Positions 56,650 through 60,714 of a stretch of DNA of 60,714 nt are shown here, in pieces. Position 1 is the stretch's first letter. Each line of letters opens with the position of its first letter. A model generated the notes under the pieces. That model worked only from the letters and a program-made list of their open reading frames with translations. It ran no database searches and had not been told where the DNA came from. This stretch comes from a virus (Duplodnaviria > Caudoviricetes), in IMG/VR virus record IMGVR_UViG_3300010354_000094, positions 1 to 60,714 of that record; one strand, 5' to 3'. The position numbers and the translations under genes are program-made.

Positions 56650-59319
56650 TTATTCAAAGCTGAATAATGAGCTGAATGTGTTTTCTTGTGTGGTAGATTC
56701 CAAATCCCACTCAAGTACTCCTATAAGGTTATCTAATTTATTGTTAATAATGGTTGCTTCCATTTCACTATGATTGAAAGGTAGTTCCTGAAACCATTTA
56801 GGCAATCTAAGTTCGTCTGTAGGATAAGCCACAGACGTATAACCTAAAGGATTGTCTTTGAGTTTACAAACAATAACTTTCATTCCGTCAACAATACCCA
56901 TAGAATATTTGTCAGAATTAAGTCGCTTTAGTGTATTCCAATTGATACTTGCTCTAACATGTCCTGGCATATTGGCTTTACCACTTTTGACTTCTTTGGC
57001 CTGATATTCTGTAATGTTATTTGCTCTTTTAGGAGATCCTTTCTCCCAGCCCGGCCTTGCTTTAAATTCTGTACGGAATTCACTTATACGTTCTAGAACT
57101 TGTTTTTCCTCGGCACCGTTTAGCACCATAGTTAAAATCTCTTCTAAAAACTTTTGCATAAATTCCGGAGTATCGGACCTTTTTAGATCTAGGCCCATAG
57201 CCTTAATCTTTCCAGGCTTACCTTCGATATCTGTACGCTTTCCTTCTTTATCATAGTAAAGAACAGCATATCTTTTCTTGGTAATGAACAGTCCTTTACT
57301 AGCAACAATTTCTCTACCAGCCTTAATAACTTCACCGCGACTCTTAGGACAATGGAATGCGTCTAGCATAAATTGACTGAAAGTAGAATTTACTTCTCCT
57401 GCAATAGTATCATACAACTGTATCACAGTATCTTTATCCCAAGGAACTAGTCCTTTAGAAATATCTGTCTTAAGTGTAGAATATGCTGAGAAATATGCAG
57501 AGTCGGTATCACCGTATATAATTGACTTTCCTACGTGATTATATTCTCCAGTTATTACTTCATTAATTTTACTAGCCATGTGTTTGGCAATTTGGCGTCC
57601 TGTAAGTGTGGTGCTTTGACCGATACGATTATCGAAAAACCTACAACCAGCATTAAGAATAGCACCATATAAGCTATTAAGGTTAATCTTTTTAACCAAT
57701 TGACGTTTATCCCAATATTCTTCTTCAATTTTATTCTCCGCTTTAATAGCATCCTTTAATTTGGCCTGCATTTCCTTACGTTCTTTATACCATCTCGCTA
57801 ACAGACCGGGAATAATTCCCTCGAATTCATATGTAAAAATAGTGCCATTGGCTGACAGCATCCATGGTTTACTGCTGTTAAAAATAAGTTCATATATTTC
57901 AGCACCACTCATTATTGTAGTTTCGCCGTTTTCCCAATCAACGGTTATATCGCTTGCCCTATTTTGACTCATTACGAAATCATATTCTAGACTACCAAAT
58001 CGACCTTCCCATGCAGCCGCAAAACTTTTTCCTTTGGACATTTCTCCTTCTATATACGTTTTTGTGTAGTCCTGTCTTAATTGTCCTATAATAGTTTCAG
58101 GACCCATGTTCAGCGCCCTAATAACACTGGGATATAGACTGTTAATGTCCATACTTCCAATCCAATCATGGAGTCCTTTCTTAGGATACGCAACATAGGC
58201 GCCAGCGGCTTGTGTATCGATATTTTCATCGCGTCTTGGTCTGCTAGGTACAATTAAACCTCTATGATGCGCTTCGTTAACAATGGCCTGCTCTGTAACA
58301 GCTACAGCGCCCATTGTAGTCTGTAACAGAACAGTATTTTCATGGGCGATTGTATTAGCTAGATCGATAAACTTTAATTTACGGTCTAATTTATTAAGTA
58401 ACGCACAGTCTTGTCTATTATATTCAATAAACTTTCTAAAGTCATTATTGTAAAGTTGGTCAAGTGTGCCTTCGTAAACAGTTTTACTTTCGCCTATCTC
58501 CATTTCTCCGATGGCGTCAAGTCTGTAAGTATGACGTTCTTCATAGGTATACTTTCTGTACAGCTCAAGGCTATCAAGGTGGACACGACCAATAAGGTCA
58601 TAAGTAACGGCCTGTTTCCCATATTTTTCATACTCTCGTTTTTTAGGCAATTGATCCCATAAGCAGAAGCGTCTAGTATCTTCTTTACTGAGAACTTTAA
58701 TAACCCGATTCACAGTGTATGGAATATCAAAACCCTCTGAATTCCATCCGCTGAGCACATCTGCATCTTCAATAAGATTTAAGAATGTGTCTAGCATTTC
58801 TGCTTCTGATTCGAATAATATAGTATTAGGGAAATCTTTAACCTGCTCTTTAGCTTGTTCCATACTCAGTGTTTTAGGAGGAATAGCCAAACAGACTAGT
58901 GTATCTAACCATTGCAAATGAACTGCTATGGCAGTGATAGGCATAAACGCATCATCAGGACTAGCATAACCTCTTTCAGGGTCAAAATCTACCTCGATGT
59001 CAAAAAATGCTACATTTAGTTTTGGGGCATCTTTGCCTAAATAGTTTTCTTCTAGGGTACGGAAGACTACGTTAATATCGCTTTCATATAATTTATGATT
59101 GCTGTGGATTCTAAGTTCTTTTTGAAAGTCTTTAAAATTTTTGCATACTACCCTAGAAAGATTTTCTCCATATATGGATTTGTACTTTCCTTTTTGATCT
59201 GGATAATAAAATAAGTGCTTTGCGGGATATTCTTGATATAAGCGACCTTTTTTAGGGTCTCGCTCTACAATTTTGACAATGTCATTATCACGGTCCCAAA
59301 TGCCGTCAACATAACTCAT
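56650..59319 (-). CDS. Family B DNA polymerase (gp43-like)
   Basis: Exo motifs DIEVD, GWNSEGFDIPY and YNRQD; pol motifs DINSLYPS, KKINLNSLYG, YGDTDS and KKRY. Confidence 0.97.
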   Translation of the reverse strand: MSYVDGIWDRDNDIVKIVERDPKKGRLYQEYPAKHLFYYPDQKGKYKSIYGENLSRVVCKNFKDFQKELRIHSNHKLYESDINVVFRTLEENYLGKDAPKLNVAFFDIEVDFDPERGYASPDDAFMPITAIAVHLQWLDTLVCLAIPPKTLSMEQAKEQVKDFPNTILFESEAEMLDTFLNLIEDADVLSGWNSEGFDIPYTVNRVIKVLSKEDTRRFCLWDQLPKKREYEKYGKQAVTYDLIGRVHLDSLELYRKYTYEERHTYRLDAIGEMEIGESKTVYEGTLDQLYNNDFRKFIEYNRQDCALLNKLDRKLKFIDLANTIAHENTVLLQTTMGAVAVTEQAIVNEAHHRGLIVPSRPRRDENIDTQAAGAYVAYPKKGLHDWIGSMDINSLYPSVIRALNMGPETIIGQLRQDYTKTYIEGEMSKGKSFAAAWEGRFGSLEYDFVMSQNRASDITVDWENGETTIMSGAEIYELIFNSSKPWMLSANGTIFTYEFEGIIPGLLARWYKERKEMQAKLKDAIKAENKIEEEYWDKRQLVKKINLNSLYGAILNAGCRFFDNRIGQSTTLTGRQIAKHMASKINEVITGEYNHVGKSIIYGDTDSAYFSAYSTLKTDISKGLVPWDKDTVIQLYDTIAGEVNSTFSQFMLDAFHCPKSRGEVIKAGREIVASKGLFITKKRYAVLYYDKEGKRTDIEGKPGKIKAMGLDLKRSDTPEFMQKFLEEILTMVLNGAEEKQVLERISEFRTEFKARPGWEKGSPKRANNITEYQAKEVKSGKANMPGHVRASINWNTLKRLNSDKYSMGIVDGMKVIVCKLKDNPLGYTSVAYPTDELRLPKWFQELPFNHSEMEATIINNKLDNLIGVLEWDLESTTQENTFSSLFSFE

Positions 59320-59326
59320 TAATTTT

Positions 59327-59385
59327 CTCCTCGTGGTTTATGGCCCACTGACCTTCTTATTGCGATTTATGGCTCGCAGGACCTT
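59327..59385 (-). promoter_or_regulatory. Tandem twin-hairpin element in PolB 5' leader (putative translational operator)
   Basis: AAGGTC-c-TGCGA-GCCATAAA-TCGCA and AAGGTC-a-GTGG-GCCATAAA-CCAC, immediately before the GAGGAG RBS. Confidence 0.75.
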
Positions 59386-59387
59386 TC

Positions 59388-59684
59388 TCAAAAAATATTT
59401 AGCATCCTTGCCAGTCCTACGGTATCAATTGTAGTCAGCAGTAGGTAGTTAGCCAGCATACCAAAAGATTTCCTAGTCCAAGCAGCCCAAGCATACATGG
59501 CACAGCCAGCAATCCAAATAGGATATAAAGCAAGAAGCGGTGGTTCGGGAACTGTGACTGCCATAGTAATACTGCAACCAATACTAGCAGCCCAAGCAAG
59601 CAACTCAACAATAAAGCGAATTCTATGAGACTTAAAGTCATCACGTATCCAATCGAATGTTGGTTTGAATAGATCTAATATCAT
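59388..59684 (-). CDS. Small membrane protein
   Basis: About three hydrophobic segments. Confidence 0.7.
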   Translation of the reverse strand: MILDLFKPTFDWIRDDFKSHRIRFIVELLAWAASIGCSITMAVTVPEPPLLALYPIWIAGCAMYAWAAWTRKSFGMLANYLLLTTIDTVGLARMLNIF

Positions 59685-59953
59685 TAATCCTCACGTCGGT
59701 TAGCGTGACCACTGATATCTACAATAGTTTCAAGATCATCAAATTCACGGAAAACTTGATCCCATTGATCTTTTAGAGCAATACGTATAGCTTTTCTAAT
59801 AACGCTGGGTTTTACATCTAGCTCTTCTGCCACAGCTTTAATGGTTTCATTTAGACCCTCTGTAAGGTCTTGTATTTCTTGCATTACAGTAACGCCCTCA
59901 GATACAATTTGTTTAATTTTAGCCTGTTCTGGGGCCCCGAATGATTTACTCAT
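59684..59953 (-). CDS. Putative dsDNA-binding protein (T4 DsbA/GapR-like)
   Basis: Helical; IKAVAEELDVKPSVIRKAIRIA pattern; AGGAG RBS. Confidence 0.5.
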   Translation of the reverse strand: MSKSFGAPEQAKIKQIVSEGVTVMQEIQDLTEGLNETIKAVAEELDVKPSVIRKAIRIALKDQWDQVFREFDDLETIVDISGHANRRED

Positions 59954-59973
59954 AGTTTATCTCCTAGATTAAT

Positions 59974-60002
59974 ATTTTATGTTATGTATACTTAATTGTC
60001 AA
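59974..60002 (-). promoter_or_regulatory. Sigma70-like promoter for the dsbA-like/PolB operon
   Basis: TTGACA-17 nt-TAAAAT. Confidence 0.7.
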
Positions 60003-60023
60003 ATGAAATGGTTTAAATATTTT

Positions 60024-60131
60024 GTACGGTTGTTAAAGTGGCGGCACAGAGATCCTGGACTCAAGATTTTTCCACTTTTCTTCTTGGGGTATCAACGAAT
60101 TGGCAGACGAGCGGGCAACCTGTGGCCGTAC
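60024..60131. ncRNA. Putative structured RNA with pseudoknot
   Basis: GTACGG/CCGTAC, CACAG/CTGTG and CTCAAGA/TCTTGGG stems; AAAGTGG can pair with loop CCACTTT. Confidence 0.5.
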
Positions 60132-60133
60132 TT

Positions 60134-60421
60134 TTAGACTTTTTTCTCGCCTGTTAGATATGGTAAACTAAACCATAATTTAAACCATTCTGGTGTTCCG
60201 GGTCGAATATTTTTCTCTCGCATAATACAAGCATTTTCTGCCGCAGTGTGGCTAATGTTTTTATCTATATTTTCTTGTAGGGGAGGAGTGTATCCTAATC
60301 CTGCTAGGTACTGAATCTTCGCTAGTTCATAAGCAGGATCATTTGGAGGAAGTATACAATCCTCGTCTGAAGGTTTAATCAGATGTGAACTGTTTATTTT
60401 GACTTGCCGCCAGTAGTTCAT
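60134..60421 (-). CDS. Hypothetical protein
   Basis: NIRPGTPEWFKLWFSLPYLT motif. Confidence 0.6.
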   Translation of the reverse strand: MNYWRQVKINSSHLIKPSDEDCILPPNDPAYELAKIQYLAGLGYTPPLQENIDKNISHTAAENACIMREKNIRPGTPEWFKLWFSLPYLTGEKKV

Positions 60422-60714
60422 TTTTTAAGTTTTTCGTTAAGTAGCGTAGTAAGTCTAAGTTGATACCAATCTGTGCTTTCCATTTTAACACAGTTGTCTA
60501 CAGTACGTCCACCTTTCTTTTTAGTGCCCATACGCTTATAGCCTTTCCAGCAGGCTTTACCGTCCACACCTTTTTGTTTTTCTTCCTCCAGACCACGCTC
60601 ACCCTGACGCATACTATAATCAGTATAATCAAAATCGTCATCTTGGTCTATATGAAAGAATCTATCATATGCCATACCGAATGCTCGTCTAAATAGTTTA
60701 GGATTGGCTTTCAC
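60418..60714 (-). CDS. Hypothetical protein, 5'-truncated by window, with CWKGY...NCV motif
   Basis: ACWKGYKRMGTKKKGGRTVDNCVK, a short motif seen in large T4-like phage proteins. Confidence 0.6.
   Translation of the reverse strand: MKANPKLFRRAFGMAYDRFFHIDQDDDFDYTDYSMRQGERGLEEEKQKGVDGKACWKGYKRMGTKKKGGRTVDNCVKMESTDWYQLRLTTLLNEKLKK

Noticed and set aside
56650-59319. Intein or intron in PolB (also checked thyA)
   Set aside because: Normal lengths, contiguous motifs, no splicing signatures.
60024-60131. SAM-I, cobalamin riboswitch or HDV-like ribozyme
   Set aside because: Only isolated words match (AGAG, GGCAACC, GCCAC); helix order does not fit these families by eye.
1-60714. CRISPR array, transposase/integrase, or stop-codon reassignment
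   Set aside because: No repeat-spacer array or mobile-element gene seen; very long ORFs are intact under the standard code.

Overview
AT-rich fragment of a large lytic myophage with T4-related core genes, resembling RaK2/GAP32-type jumbo phages (inferred, not searched). There are three blocks. (1) 1-4965, minus strand: a late-sigma gp55-like gene, gp47/gp46 (Mre11/Rad50), an Hc1 histone-like gene and a short GIY-YIG nuclease gene, followed by a densely base-paired non-coding stretch that runs off the window edge. (2) 5074-38317, plus strand: baseplate and tail genes, including gp53-, gp5-, gp25- and gp6-like genes, a 4439-aa giant protein, a subtilisin-YHYH fusion and four paralogous fibre genes, preceded by TAAATA late-promoter motifs. 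(3) 38314-60714, minus strand: PolB, a sliding clamp, an RNase H-type 5'-3' exonuclease, thyA/DHFR, MoxR/VWA and a 7-deazaguanine DNA-modification cluster. That cluster has DpdA-like TGT, a QueD/DpdL-like T-fold protein, FolE and QueE, interleaved with a glycosyltransferase, UDP-glucose dehydrogenase, purine PRTase, GMP reductase and a MazG-like enzyme. The best leads are possible sugar-hypermodified deazaguanine, the GIY-YIG-linked structured RNA, a twin-hairpin operator in front of the DNA polymerase, and an orphan pseudoknotted intergenic element. All calls come from motif recognition by eye; no database searches were run.
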